This document shows, piece after piece, positions 46,578 through 56,386 of a stretch of 64,000 nt of DNA. Every line of letters begins with the position of its first letter. Positions within the stretch are counted from its first letter, which is position 1. The stretch covers positions 224,001 to 288,000 of the forward strand of contig CAWISW010000003.1 in NCBI GenBank assembly GCA_963838925.1. Direction: 5' to 3'. The notes under the pieces were generated by a model. That model worked only from the letters and a program-made list of their open reading frames with translations, made no database searches and was not told the DNA's origin. The translations under genes were made by a program, and so were the position numbers. Source of the stretch: an uncultured Nitrososphaerota archaeon (lineage in GTDB: Archaea > Thermoproteota > Nitrososphaeria > Nitrososphaerales > Gagatemarchaeaceae).

Positions 46578-46775
46578 CTAGTCTAGCCGCTTGATTACCG
46601 GGGCGTCAACCTCTACCTTTCCCCCGGTCTTGCTCGCGAGCTTCCTCCCGCACCCCCTGCACGTCACGTCCCTGGTGGATGCGGAGAACATCGGCCTCTC
46701 CTCGCCGCAATCAGGGCACTTTACCAGAAGGAAGCTGCTCCTGGGCTTCGGTATGAACTCTCGCTCTTTCTTCAT
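46578..46775 (-). CDS. rps27e: Ribosomal protein S27e
   Basis: PRSSFLLVKCPDCG...CRGCG...TGGK. Confidence 0.95.
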   Translation of the reverse strand: MKKEREFIPKPRSSFLLVKCPDCGEERPMFSASTRDVTCRGCGRKLASKTGGKVEVDAPVIKRLD

Positions 46776-46779
46776 GTTG

Positions 46780-47058
46780 CTACTGCACTATCTCTGCCTT
46801 TCTCAGGCGTATCCCCTTGCGCATCGCCTCTTTGTTGCATTCCTTGCATTTCAATTTTAGGGTGGCCTTCTTGGTGGTTTTCGCGGTCCTGATGAGCTCC
46901 GGGAACTTCTGGCCTCCGTAGCCGTGCTTTCTCGTGGCCTGCCGCCTTGCTCCCCAAGAAGACGCCCTCTCCTTCCCTTTCTTGTAAAGTGAGACAGAAT
47001 GGATGGTGTGCTTCTTGCAATGTGGGCAATTGGTGTTGATTTCCTTGGGAATCTTCAT
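46780..47058 (-). CDS. rpl44e: Ribosomal protein L44e
   Basis: MKIPK...CPHCKKHT...GYGGQKFP...KTTKK. Confidence 0.95.
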   Translation of the reverse strand: MKIPKEINTNCPHCKKHTIHSVSLYKKGKERASSWGARRQATRKHGYGGQKFPELIRTAKTTKKATLKLKCKECNKEAMRKGIRLRKAEIVQ

Positions 47059-47091
47059 TGGGTTTTCAGCCAAGCCGACTCGTCTTATGAT

Positions 47092-47697
47092 TTATGCCTT
47101 ATGGTCTGACTCTTCGCTATCGGCCTGACTCCACCAGTTATCAAGATACGGCTTGAGACTCGCCATGAAGTCTCCAGGAGGCTCCAACTTCAGGCTGTAG
47201 ACTTTTCCTCCCGGATTAGCCGACGACGCCAGAACCGAATGGACGTTCGCAAGGTAGCGCATCACAGTCGACGGGTCGTCCCTCCACTTGCTCTCGATCA
47301 ACTTGATCTCCGACCGCCTGTGAAATATCGGAGGGACTCCCAAGAACACCCCCAGGGTCGCCTTGGCCCTGATGTCGTCGTTGCTCAAGATCCCCAACGT
47401 GAAGAAGGGCTGACCATCGCTTCCCGAGCCACCTTCCAAGTTCATCACGATGTGGGCACAGACCAGAATTACCTGCTGCGGGTCGAACTTCCTTATCATG
47501 ACGTAACAAGACGTCTTGTCGGCCGGTGTTTCACTCCTCGGGAGGAACCAGACCCGCATCCTGTCTATCGACGAATCCCACTCGCCCCGAGCTAGGACGT
47601 TGAGGTCTACATCTACCGGTGTGAACGGGACGGACGCGACCAAGGAATAGACGCGCGCCGTCTCTCCGCGGAGATACTCTTCCAACTGGACTCTCAA
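47092..47697 (-). CDS. Hypothetical protein
   Basis: Fills the gap between rpl44e and pcn; probable TTG start at 47697; no motif recognised. Confidence 0.55.
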   Translation of the reverse strand: MRVQLEEYLRGETARVYSLVASVPFTPVDVDLNVLARGEWDSSIDRMRVWFLPRSETPADKTSCYVMIRKFDPQQVILVCAHIVMNLEGGSGSDGQPFFTLGILSNDDIRAKATLGVFLGVPPIFHRRSEIKLIESKWRDDPSTVMRYLANVHSVLASSANPGGKVYSLKLEPPGDFMASLKPYLDNWWSQADSEESDHKA

Positions 47698-47825
47698 CTC
47701 GCACGACCCCTCTAGGATTCGTGGACAGAACTTAACCGCCCACGTCCCGGGGATTTCCTCCCAACCATAACCAATCTTTATTATCAGTCGTTGCGCAACC
47801 CGAGTGAAGGCGAGCACCACCAAGC

Positions 47826-48581
47826 ATGTTCTTTGCGAAGACGGCCGGCAGCCAAGAGTGGAAGGCCATTGCCGCAGCGATCAAGACGCTCGTCGAAGAG
47901 GCGACATTCGAGGTCTCGAGCGAGGGCCTCGTCTTCAGGGCGATGGATCCTTCACACATCGCGCTCGTGGACCTCAACTGGCCGAACTCGAGCTTTGAGA
48001 AGTTCGAGTGCGACAAGCCCCTCAAGTTCACCATCAGGGTAGAGGACTTCGTCAAGCTGATTGCGAGGAGCGACACCAAGGACAGCGTGGAGATAACCTC
48101 CAGCGAAGACGATGCGCTGACGCTCAGGTTGATGAACGGCTACAAGCGGGAGTTCAAGGTCCACCTCATAGAGACCACCCCCGGCACGGCCCCCCTCCCA
48201 AAACTGGACCTCGACGTGAAGCTCTCGATGAGCAAGAGCGTGTTCGAGAAGGTTCTCGGCGACATCTCGGTGGTCGCAGACCAAGTCATGATATCGTCGT
48301 TGAAGGAGGGGGTCTCCTTCTCAGGGAAGAGCGACGTGGGAGCCGCGACCATCCAGCTCGACAAGGGAGGCGCGGACGTGCTCGACCTGCAGGTGAAGCA
48401 GGAGGCGAAGGCGAGCTACAACATAGACTACCTGTTGGGAATCTCAAAGGCGGTCGGGAGCGCCTCGGACATCGTGGTCATCGAGTACTCGAGCAAGAAG
48501 CCTGCTCGCTTGGAGTTCAAGCTGAACGAGCAGGGTGCAAGAATCCACTACTTCCTCGCGCCAAGGATTCAAGAGAACTAG
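47826..48581 (+). CDS. pcn: PCNA sliding clamp
   Basis: RAMDPSHIALV and C-terminal YFLAPR. Confidence 0.96.
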   Translation: MFFAKTAGSQEWKAIAAAIKTLVEEATFEVSSEGLVFRAMDPSHIALVDLNWPNSSFEKFECDKPLKFTIRVEDFVKLIARSDTKDSVEITSSEDDALTLRLMNGYKREFKVHLIETTPGTAPLPKLDLDVKLSMSKSVFEKVLGDISVVADQVMISSLKEGVSFSGKSDVGAATIQLDKGGADVLDLQVKQEAKASYNIDYLLGISKAVGSASDIVVIEYSSKKPARLEFKLNEQGARIHYFLAPRIQEN

Positions 48582-48624
48582 CCCCTCACTAATCTTATAA
48601 TGAGCGACGAGGTCCATCGCCTCG

Positions 48625-49728
48625 TTGTCCGCGAGCACCCCGAAGGCCGAAGGTACCCAGTCCCAAGCGGACGAAAAGACCACCGCGTTCTTGCGCAAGG
48701 CCTTCCGGGAGCACTACTTCAGGCATCACGACGAGGTGGAAGTGCCTACGATGATCCAGAACCGGGAGTTCGGATACATCCCTTTCGGCAAGGGGATGAT
48801 AAGGCACCTCTCGTACAAGTCGTCGGGCGAGCTCGCTGCCGACCTGGTGAAGCAGGCCCCGTCGTCGGTGTTCTGCTCAAACGCCACCTACTCAAACCCG
48901 ACGCTGCCGATGGACGAGAAGGGATGGAAGGGGGCAGAACTAATCTTCGACATCGACGCGAGCGCCATCCCCACCACGTGCGCGGCCAAGCACAGCTACT
49001 GGACGTGCAAGACGTGCGGGAAGGTCATCCGCTCCGCAGAGAGGCCCGAATCCTGCCCGAAGTGCGAGGGGACGAGCACGACCCAGCTGCACTGGAGCTG
49101 CCCCGAGTGCCTGGGAGCCACCAAGGAGCACGTCTCCCGCTTGGTGCGCTTCCTCACGAACGACTTCGGGGTCTCGAGCTCAAGCATCAGCGTGTACTTC
49201 TCCGGGAACAGGGGATACCACCTCCACGTCGAGGACGAGCGGTTCGAGGAGATGGACCCGGCTGCACGCGCCCAGGTGGCAAACTACATCAGGGGCACGG
49301 GTTTGGAGCGCCCGCAAGCGTCCGACTTGGCGCGCGCAGGGGCCCCGGACAGAGGAGGATGGCTCGACAGGATAGCCTCGTTAGAGGGCAAAGACCAGCC
49401 TCGGAAGTTCGAGCAGGTCGTCAACACGTTCAGCTCAAGGATTGACGAGTCGGTCACAACGGATATACACAGGATTTTTCGCATGCCCGGGACGTTGCAC
49501 GGGAACTCAGGGCTGCTCAAGATGCGAGTCCACGACCTAGACGCATTCAGGCCGGACTTCGACCCCGTCGCGCTCGGGGACGAGGAGGTGACCGTCTTGG
49601 TCCAGGGCTCCCCCGCCTTCAGCCTGAAGGGGAGGACGTTCGGGCCCTATTCTTCCGAGGAGGCCGACGTCCCCACATACGCCGCCGCGTACCTGATGAC
49701 GAAAGGATTGGGGAGGGTGGCCGAGTAG
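48625..49728 (+). CDS. priS: DNA primase small subunit
   Basis: REFG, ELIFDIDA, FSGNRGYH and IDESVTTDIHRIFRMPGTLH. Confidence 0.95.
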   Translation: MSASTPKAEGTQSQADEKTTAFLRKAFREHYFRHHDEVEVPTMIQNREFGYIPFGKGMIRHLSYKSSGELAADLVKQAPSSVFCSNATYSNPTLPMDEKGWKGAELIFDIDASAIPTTCAAKHSYWTCKTCGKVIRSAERPESCPKCEGTSTTQLHWSCPECLGATKEHVSRLVRFLTNDFGVSSSSISVYFSGNRGYHLHVEDERFEEMDPAARAQVANYIRGTGLERPQASDLARAGAPDRGGWLDRIASLEGKDQPRKFEQVVNTFSSRIDESVTTDIHRIFRMPGTLHGNSGLLKMRVHDLDAFRPDFDPVALGDEEVTVLVQGSPAFSLKGRTFGPYSSEEADVPTYAAAYLMTKGLGRVAE

Positions 49729-50319
49729 ATGGAGAACGTGTCGACCGTCGAGAGGCTGAGGCAGGTCTTGGATTTGGAGGAGGCCTCCGAGACCCTCACC
49801 GCGATCCCGCCCGACACCTACACAAAGCTGGCCAACTACGCCCAGAAGCTCCGAGCCGCAAGCGGCTCAGGAAACGAGGACGCCCCCGGGCGACTGGCGA
49901 AGAAGCAACTCTGGCTCATGGAGGTGATGACAAAGCGCCTCCTCCAGCTGCGACTGTCAAAGGCGGAGAAGGAAGCGCTAGCAGTCCGTCGGGATGGGGA
50001 GCCCGCTTACTCCCCCAAGAACCTGCTGCCCGAGGAGCGAAACATAAACGACGTTTTCACGCAGTTCACGAAGAAGGAGGAGCGCTTCGTGAAGGCCATG
50101 GTGGACGGCCAACCCTCCTTCTTCACCCTCGTCCAGAGGAGGGAGACACAGAGGATGACGACCGTGAGGATCTTGAAGCGCGTAGGTGAGATAATGGGGA
50201 CCGACCTGAAGAGATACGGCCCGTTCGAGACGAACGACGTGGCCAGGCTTCCGGCCGGGAACGCTCAGGTGATGGTCTCGAGCAAGCAGGCCGCGCCGAT
50301 CTCAGGCGACCAGTACTAG
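49729..50319 (+). CDS. GINS subunit (Gins51-like)
   Basis: Follows priS; C-terminal B-domain IMGTDLKRYGPF..DVARLP..NA. Confidence 0.8.
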   Translation: MENVSTVERLRQVLDLEEASETLTAIPPDTYTKLANYAQKLRAASGSGNEDAPGRLAKKQLWLMEVMTKRLLQLRLSKAEKEALAVRRDGEPAYSPKNLLPEERNINDVFTQFTKKEERFVKAMVDGQPSFFTLVQRRETQRMTTVRILKRVGEIMGTDLKRYGPFETNDVARLPAGNAQVMVSSKQAAPISGDQY

Positions 50320-50663
50320 GAGTAGCTTCTCCAGGTGTGGTTGCACTTCAGGCACCTGTAGAACTGGGTCGGCGGCTCGTCCCCGCTTCGCGTCTGCAAG
50401 AACCACCAGTTCGCCTCGTCGTGCCCGCACTTCGGGCACTCGATCTTCGTCATAGGGAGCGTGGAGAGCTTGCTCTCCTTCTCGCCGACCACCTTTATCG
50501 TCGGGACGTCCGACAGCTCCTCCTCCGTGGTCTGCGTGACAGTCCTTCCAGCCTTGTCAGAGTAGCCGCAGTTGTCGCAGAGCAGGGTTATTGTGGCGCC
50601 GCCCTTCTCCGCCTTTACTTGCTTGAGCTTTAGACGCGTACCACACTTGGGGCAGAACTTCAC
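50316..50663 (-). CDS. tfs: Transcription factor S (TFS)
   Basis: MKFCPKCG and QTRSGDEPPTQFYRC. Confidence 0.95.
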   Translation of the reverse strand: MKFCPKCGTRLKLKQVKAEKGGATITLLCDNCGYSDKAGRTVTQTTEEELSDVPTIKVVGEKESKLSTLPMTKIECPKCGHDEANWWFLQTRSGDEPPTQFYRCLKCNHTWRSYS

Positions 50664-50947
50664 TCCGACCCACCACTGACGGCCTTGGTCACGGCGTCGA
50701 GCAGCTCGTGCGAGTTGACCTGGGCCCTCTCGAGACTCGCTAAGAAAGCCTTCTCGGGCTTTATTCGCTGGGCGCGGACCTTCATGACCAGCTTCTTGAT
50801 CAGCGGATGCGGCGGAAGGACTCCTGCAAACGTCACGTTCTTCTCGTCAAGCAACTCGTGGTGCACAATCTCGGCAAGGGAGTAGTCCTCTCCCGTCACC
50901 TCGACGGTGAACTCTCTATCTTCCTTCCGAGAGACTTGAACGAGCAT
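50660..50947 (-). CDS. rpo11: RNA polymerase subunit Rpo11 (L)
   Basis: GEDYSLA...FAG..PHPL. Confidence 0.88.
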   Translation of the reverse strand: MLVQVSRKEDREFTVEVTGEDYSLAEIVHHELLDEKNVTFAGVLPPHPLIKKLVMKVRAQRIKPEKAFLASLERAQVNSHELLDAVTKAVSGGSE

Positions 50948-50986
50948 CTGAATCGAAAAACGGCCCGCTTCGGGCCGTTAATAAGC

Positions 50987-51577
50987 TCATGGTTGGATGT
51001 TTTGGGTGCCGAAGTCGTCCGCGAACTTCCTTTCCTCGACGTTGCCGCACTCCTCACACCTCGCCCTCCCGTCGCCTCGTTGGAGCGGCGTGCCGCAGAC
51101 GCTGCACAAGGCCGCAAGGACTCCGAGATGGGGCTCGTCGAGGGAGAGCAGGTTCATCCCGTTCATCGTGCTCGCCACCCTCGCCCTAACGACGTCGGCC
51201 AGCTTCACATACGTGGGCCTCTCCCCTCTGCCGCCGCGCTCACCACGCGTGGAGATAGTCCCTGGGAAGCCTGCGCGAGTCTCCACGCCGTTCAGGTAAG
51301 AAATCCTCACCCCGGCGGTGCTCGTCATGGCCGCCTCGACCTGGCCCACCACGACGTCCCCGACCGTGGGCCTCCTTGCCACGACTGAAGGTCGAACCGC
51401 AACCTCCCTCTTCGTGAGGTCCCTCTCTACGCGGCCCGGGAGCCTCGCCCTCACAAAGTCCTGCTGCTCGTAGGTGTTCTTCCCCGGCATGAACTCTTCA
51501 GGAGATGCCAGAAAGTCTCCGGGAAGCGCGACCGCGGCCGGCGCGCTCTTCTTCTCAGCTGTTTCAGGTTTGCTCAT
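50987..51577 (-). CDS. csl4: Exosome subunit Csl4
   Basis: LPGDFL..EEF, S1 domain, LGVLAALCSVCG...ERKFA. Confidence 0.92.
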   Translation of the reverse strand: MSKPETAEKKSAPAAVALPGDFLASPEEFMPGKNTYEQQDFVRARLPGRVERDLTKREVAVRPSVVARRPTVGDVVVGQVEAAMTSTAGVRISYLNGVETRAGFPGTISTRGERGGRGERPTYVKLADVVRARVASTMNGMNLLSLDEPHLGVLAALCSVCGTPLQRGDGRARCEECGNVEERKFADDFGTQNIQP

Positions 51578-51588
51578 CTCGACACACT

Positions 51589-52629
51589 CTACCTTGGTTT
51601 CCTCGGAATCTGACCCACTGTCAGTTCAATCCATTTTGGCCTGTGTAAAAAGTCCTTCATCTCCCTTCCCTCCAAGAGCCCCACCAAGGCGTCGGCCTGC
51701 GGAATCGACAGGACGGGCTTGTTGAACGTGAATCCGTCGATGGATATCCTCGGGCAGGCAGTCTGGACGAAGGCGTCGATATGCATGTACTGCGCCAGCC
51801 TGTCGGGCGTGATGTCGCGCATCGCCAGCTGGACGACCTTCTTCCCGTTGGCCTGGAGCCTGTTGCTTATCCACTTCGAGCGTCCGACCATCATCTGACC
51901 CTCCTTCAGCCCCGTGATCACGCCGAAGACCCTCGCGTCAAGCGCCTTGTAGACGCCGAGTATCGCCCTCTTCTGCCTCTCCTCTGCCTCCTCCTTCATG
52001 TCGCGCATCTCTTCGAGGTAAGGGTCGAGGAGGAAGGTGGGTTTCCCTGTGGCCAGCGCGACGCCCACGGCGTGGAACTCGCTCTGCCCGAGATAGCAGA
52101 AAGCGTCGACCTTCTCTGTGTTGTCGAACACCGTCGAAAAGTCGCACCCGAAGGTCTGGCTGCCGAGTAGGAGGCTGTTCTTCCGGCCGAGGTAGACCTC
52201 GAAGCCCGCGACCTCGAGCTGCTTCTTCACGGCCTCAAGCTCGTCTAGGTGCTGCGCCATCGTGGCGAGCCCAATCCGCTTGTATTTCGAGAGCATGGGA
52301 ATCGACCTTTGGACGACGACGTCGAACTTGACGTCGTCCTTCGCATCGACAAGGTAGGTGTAATCTCCCACTTCCTGGACCGTCGCGTTGTGCCCTATGT
52401 GGAGCGCGAGGCTGGCGCCCAGCTTCTCCACCTCCTTGTCCACGGTGTCACATATCCCGAAGCACGTGTCGCCCACGAGCACGCACTGGACTCCGTACTT
52501 CTTCTCCACGACCTGCATCAAATCCATGGTCTGTCTGAGAAGGCCACCGGGTGCGTTAAGAATCACCCTGGCAGGCTGCTTTTCTTCTATGAGGTTGAAG
52601 ACCCGCTTAGTGTCGATCCTTACTGTCAA
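51589..52629 (-). CDS. dph2: Diphthamide biosynthesis protein Dph2
   Basis: CFGICD, FGCD and ACPRISIDG Cys motifs. Confidence 0.93.
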   Translation of the reverse strand: MTVRIDTKRVFNLIEEKQPARVILNAPGGLLRQTMDLMQVVEKKYGVQCVLVGDTCFGICDTVDKEVEKLGASLALHIGHNATVQEVGDYTYLVDAKDDVKFDVVVQRSIPMLSKYKRIGLATMAQHLDELEAVKKQLEVAGFEVYLGRKNSLLLGSQTFGCDFSTVFDNTEKVDAFCYLGQSEFHAVGVALATGKPTFLLDPYLEEMRDMKEEAEERQKRAILGVYKALDARVFGVITGLKEGQMMVGRSKWISNRLQANGKKVVQLAMRDITPDRLAQYMHIDAFVQTACPRISIDGFTFNKPVLSIPQADALVGLLEGREMKDFLHRPKWIELTVGQIPRKPR

Positions 52630-53144
52630 GCAACCGCTTCAGCTTCCATCTTCTTCTCTAGCGGGGTTACCACTATTTTGTACTTGAACGGCAGCTTCGT
52701 GGTCGCCGCTTTCAGCGCTGCCTTCGCCTTCTCGAGGTTCTCAGCCTTGATCTGGATGTCCAGGATGACGCTGCCGATGTGCACCAGCGCAGCCACGCCT
52801 ATGGGCTTGCCGAAGGCCTTGCGCATCCCCTCTTGGAGCCTGTCTGCGCCGGCCGTGGCGATCATCTTGTTCTCCCTCATCACGACGAAAGGATACGTGA
52901 CCACCCGAAGGTAGAAGGCCTCCTCGCCGACGCTGGCCAGCTTCTTGCTCGCGGCTACCCTCGCTGCCTCGAGCGCGTTGCTCCTTATCTGGAGCCGATT
53001 CAAGGAGACTAGCTCAAGCTTGAAGTCGTAATCATTCCTGAACTTGCCCGTGACAAACCTCGCGACCTTTGGGTTGGGAGTGCCGGGCGCGTACTTCTTG
53101 TTGTAGAACATAGACTTCGCCTGGCGGTAGTTGGACCCGTGTAT
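52626..53144 (-). CDS. rpl10e: Ribosomal protein uL16/L10e (probable ATA start)
   Basis: QIRSNALEAAR and RENKM..AGADRLQEGMRKAFGKP; frame extends to ATA-CAC-GGG-TCC-AAC-TAC-CGC (xHGSNYR). Confidence 0.93.
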   Translation of the reverse strand: MHGSNYRQAKSMFYNKKYAPGTPNPKVARFVTGKFRNDYDFKLELVSLNRLQIRSNALEAARVAASKKLASVGEEAFYLRVVTYPFVVMRENKMIATAGADRLQEGMRKAFGKPIGVAALVHIGSVILDIQIKAENLEKAKAALKAATTKLPFKYKIVVTPLEKKMEAEAVA

Positions 53145-53184
53145 GGCTCTCTCCCTCGATTTACGCGACCTAAAACACTCCTAA

Positions 53185-53958
53185 TTAAGCTTCAAGCCTC
53201 CTCCGTAACGGGAATTCATCCCGAGGCCAGATGTCGATTGGCCTGAAGCAGCCATTGCGGTATCCGGTAGGAGAAAAGAACGCCAAGGCCTTTTCAACTT
53301 CTCTCGACTTTTCACCAAACAGGAAAGGCTGGATCTCTCTCAATACTCGGAGCGCCCTGAGGCCAGTTACGGCCTTCAACCACTTCGGCTTATAATTCGG
53401 GTTCGCGGTTTGTGCTGGTTTGGGCTTTGACGGTCTCGCCAGACCAACGACATCGGAGAACTGGAAAACAGGAGCTGGGTCTGTCATCGAGATTGATAGC
53501 TGGATTGCCGTGGAATCCACTTCCTTGGCGTAATGGCTTTGCGTGCAGCCCTCTCCCTGAGCTAATCCTCCCACCCAACTTCTATCCTCTAGTGCGGCGA
53601 TAACTAGCGCGGGTATGTCCGCGCGCTCTGAAAAGTCAGTCTTTGGCTGGCTTGACCAACCAGACATGTGGCCGCTCACTCGCATTGCCCTCGCAACAAC
53701 GGTTGGCGAGGATGGCGAACCACGGCGCTTGGTTCTCAGCGGAAATTCACTCCGAGGCCAAATGTCACCATTACGATAACATCCACGATGGTTGCCATAA
53801 GGACTGAAGAAATCCAAGGCCTTTTCTGCCTCCTTCCTCTTCTCTCCTAGAAGGAATGGAGTAATCTCCGTCAACACTCGCAGAGCCCTTAGACCATGAA
53901 CGTTTTTTCGCCATTGGGGGCTCCAGTCATGGTTTCTGATTGTGGTTGACGGCGGAGG
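53185..53958 (-). pseudogene. Tandem LAGLIDADG-like endonuclease-domain protein, 5'-truncated
   Basis: WVGGLAQGEG helix, SISMTD and GLRALRVL.EI.PFL.GEK occurring twice; first repeat lacks its N-terminus and no start precedes it. Confidence 0.6.
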
Positions 53959-53962
53959 TTAC

Positions 53963-54306
53963 ATGGATGCCTACACTTCTTCTTATTCGGGGGGCGACTA
54001 CTACGCGAAAGCCTCAATCTATGTAGACGCGAGCAGCACGTGGTATACCCTACCGAGAACATGGGAACCACCGCCTATGAAGGCGTCATCTCAATAGCAT
54101 TGGAGAATGCCTATTTCGCTTCCGGCACTTGCAACGCTGTTGCTAACTACACCACTTCCAGCGGAGCAAACTACGCCACCAGCGTTGGGACAGATCCTTA
54201 TGGGAACAAGAACTGGTTTAGCTGTTCCAGCGGGTTTGGCGACAGTCCTTATAGCTACGTCCAGGGTTCTACGTGTGCTTCGAGCTCGAAGTATTATGGA
54301 AGTTGA
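53963..54306 (+). pseudogene. C-terminal fragment of a secreted Y/S/G-rich protein, frameshifted near 54052
   Basis: MDAYTSSYSGGDYYAKASIYVDASSTWYTL continues in another frame as ENMGTTAYEG...; no signal peptide. Confidence 0.5.
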
Positions 54307-54312
54307 CATGAG

Positions 54313-55050
54313 TTGAGATTCGGCGACAGATATTCTATCGGTATCCTCGCTTCGGTCGCATTGGGTCTAATCTTGGGATTGGGAGGATTCATCGCAGGGA
54401 CGTCAGGACAAGGAACGAATTCGCAAGGCTCTGTCGCGAACAGTGGTACGGCTAACGGTGGAAATATTGGAGCACCCTATAGCCCTCCCACCGCAGTAAC
54501 TCTTACGACGGTTGCGAGCGCTCAGAACATCGTCGGGAGCGGCTTGATCATGCCCAACATAACAAGCATGGGTCCTGGCTGGAGGATACTCGGCGCTGAG
54601 ATTGGCCTCTCTCCCCAGAGCTTGCACACGAACGATACGAGCGCCGCGACATGGAGTCATTGGATAGTGACCATCTACATTTCCAATGAGACCTTTGTCA
54701 ACGGCGTGACACTTGATACCAGCCTCGCAAAGGGGCTGGTGACCGTAGCAGAGTCATCCTACCCGCCCAATCTCACTAGTCACGAAATGGCGACTAATCT
54801 CATGGGGCCAGGCGAAGCATGCAGCGGAAGCGGTGTGCCTGGTAGCCCTAACTATTCGACGTCTTCTTGCTCAACAATTCCGAGCCAGATTCCCTACGTT
54901 ATTGCGCAGATACGAGACACCTACCTGGTAGTGTTGAAGAACCCCGCATACGCCAGCTTCGCAATCGCCGACGAGAACACGAATGTTGTGATATACGGGT
55001 CTCTCAATTACTCGCAGACAATTGCCATCGCGAACGAAATGATTCCATAG
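54313..55050 (+). CDS. Hypothetical membrane-anchored extracellular protein
   Basis: N-terminal TM helix, S/G/N linker, several N-x-S/T sequons; lower GC. Confidence 0.65.
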   Translation: MRFGDRYSIGILASVALGLILGLGGFIAGTSGQGTNSQGSVANSGTANGGNIGAPYSPPTAVTLTTVASAQNIVGSGLIMPNITSMGPGWRILGAEIGLSPQSLHTNDTSAATWSHWIVTIYISNETFVNGVTLDTSLAKGLVTVAESSYPPNLTSHEMATNLMGPGEACSGSGVPGSPNYSTSSCSTIPSQIPYVIAQIRDTYLVVLKNPAYASFAIADENTNVVIYGSLNYSQTIAIANEMIP

Positions 55051-55195
55051 ACACGATTCTCGTGCCGTCGTAAGAGAGATCCTGACTTTCAAATATCAAG
55101 GCCCCTACATGTACGACTTGGACTGCGGAGGCGCGCAACAAACCCCCGAAACGCCGCCAACCCTTAATTAGCTTCAAACCTCGAAAATTTCGTCT

Positions 55196-56386
55196 TTGCC
55201 GTTCCTCGTCCCGCCTGAGAGCATCGACTCGGAATCGTTCATCCTTGTGCTGGCCTTCGGGGCCCCCTCGCTCCTCGAGGCGCAGTGCGTGCTGGGGGAC
55301 AGCGCCAAGGTATCCCTGCAGTGCGAGGACATAGCGGTCGCCGACCTGAAGGGCGGCCGGTTCAAGTGGTACACCGAGCTGGCGGGAGTGCACAAGATCG
55401 CCCTCCCCCTCCCTCCCATCGACTCTCCTGACTTCGCGGAGACCATCACCTTTCCAGAGAGGAACTTCAACTTCTCGCTGAGCCTCTACTGCATGCCCCG
55501 CGACCAAGAGGCCGTATACGAGGATCTCTCCGAGGAGCTACTCTCCACCATACGCGAATTCGGCCACAAGAAGGCCAACCTCATCCGCTCGCGCGCCGGG
55601 CCCGAGCTGTATTCCGAGCGCGTGGTGTCGAGGTCGGCAATGGACTTCGTCGTCTTCCCGATAGGCGCGATGCCCCAGTGGGGGGTCACGGTCTACGTCC
55701 CCGAGACCGAGGGGTTCAAGGAGAGGTCGACGGAGAGGCCGTACGTCACCTCCGGGATCTCGCTCTCCTCCCGCTTGGCGCGCCTGCTCGTCAACATCTC
55801 GGGAGTCTCCAAGGGCCAGGTGCTGCTCGACCCGTTCTGCGGCTCCGGGACCATCTTGGGCGAAGCGCTGCTGAAGGGCGCCGACTGCATAGGGATCGAC
55901 AGGAACCACGGCAGCGTCGAGCGGACGAAGGACAACCTCGCTTGGTTTCTCTCGCAGAGCCAGCGCGGAGGCAAGCGCGCCCCTTCGTACTCCGTGATGG
56001 TGGGCGACGCGACCAACCTCAGAAGGTCGCTCGGAGATCAGATGGTCGACGCGATCGTCTCGGAGCCCATCCTCATGCCGAGGCTCTCGTCTCCGCCAAA
56101 CCTCGAGAAGGCGAGGCGCCTCATCAAGCACGCATCCTTCATCTATTCCGAAGCCCTGTACGAGATGAGCGGAGTGCTGAAGAGCGGCGGGAGGATGGTC
56201 CTTGTCACCCCTTCCCTCAGGACCATCGAAGGCAAGGACGTGACGCTGTCGTTTGACGACCTCAAGGAAGTCGGGCTGAGGCCGTTCCAGCCGCCCAGCT
56301 CCTACCCGTACGAGTACCCCCTCAGGGTCTCGCACCAGAGCACACGATTCCTCAGGAGGATGGTGTACGTCCTCGAAAAAGTCTAG
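55196..56386 (+). CDS. RNA methyltransferase (Trm11/UPF0020-like)
   Basis: RLARLLVN, LLDPFCGSGT, GDAT and DAIVSEP. Confidence 0.85.
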   Translation: MPFLVPPESIDSESFILVLAFGAPSLLEAQCVLGDSAKVSLQCEDIAVADLKGGRFKWYTELAGVHKIALPLPPIDSPDFAETITFPERNFNFSLSLYCMPRDQEAVYEDLSEELLSTIREFGHKKANLIRSRAGPELYSERVVSRSAMDFVVFPIGAMPQWGVTVYVPETEGFKERSTERPYVTSGISLSSRLARLLVNISGVSKGQVLLDPFCGSGTILGEALLKGADCIGIDRNHGSVERTKDNLAWFLSQSQRGGKRAPSYSVMVGDATNLRRSLGDQMVDAIVSEPILMPRLSSPPNLEKARRLIKHASFIYSEALYEMSGVLKSGGRMVLVTPSLRTIEGKDVTLSFDDLKEVGLRPFQPPSSYPYEYPLRVSHQSTRFLRRMVYVLEKV

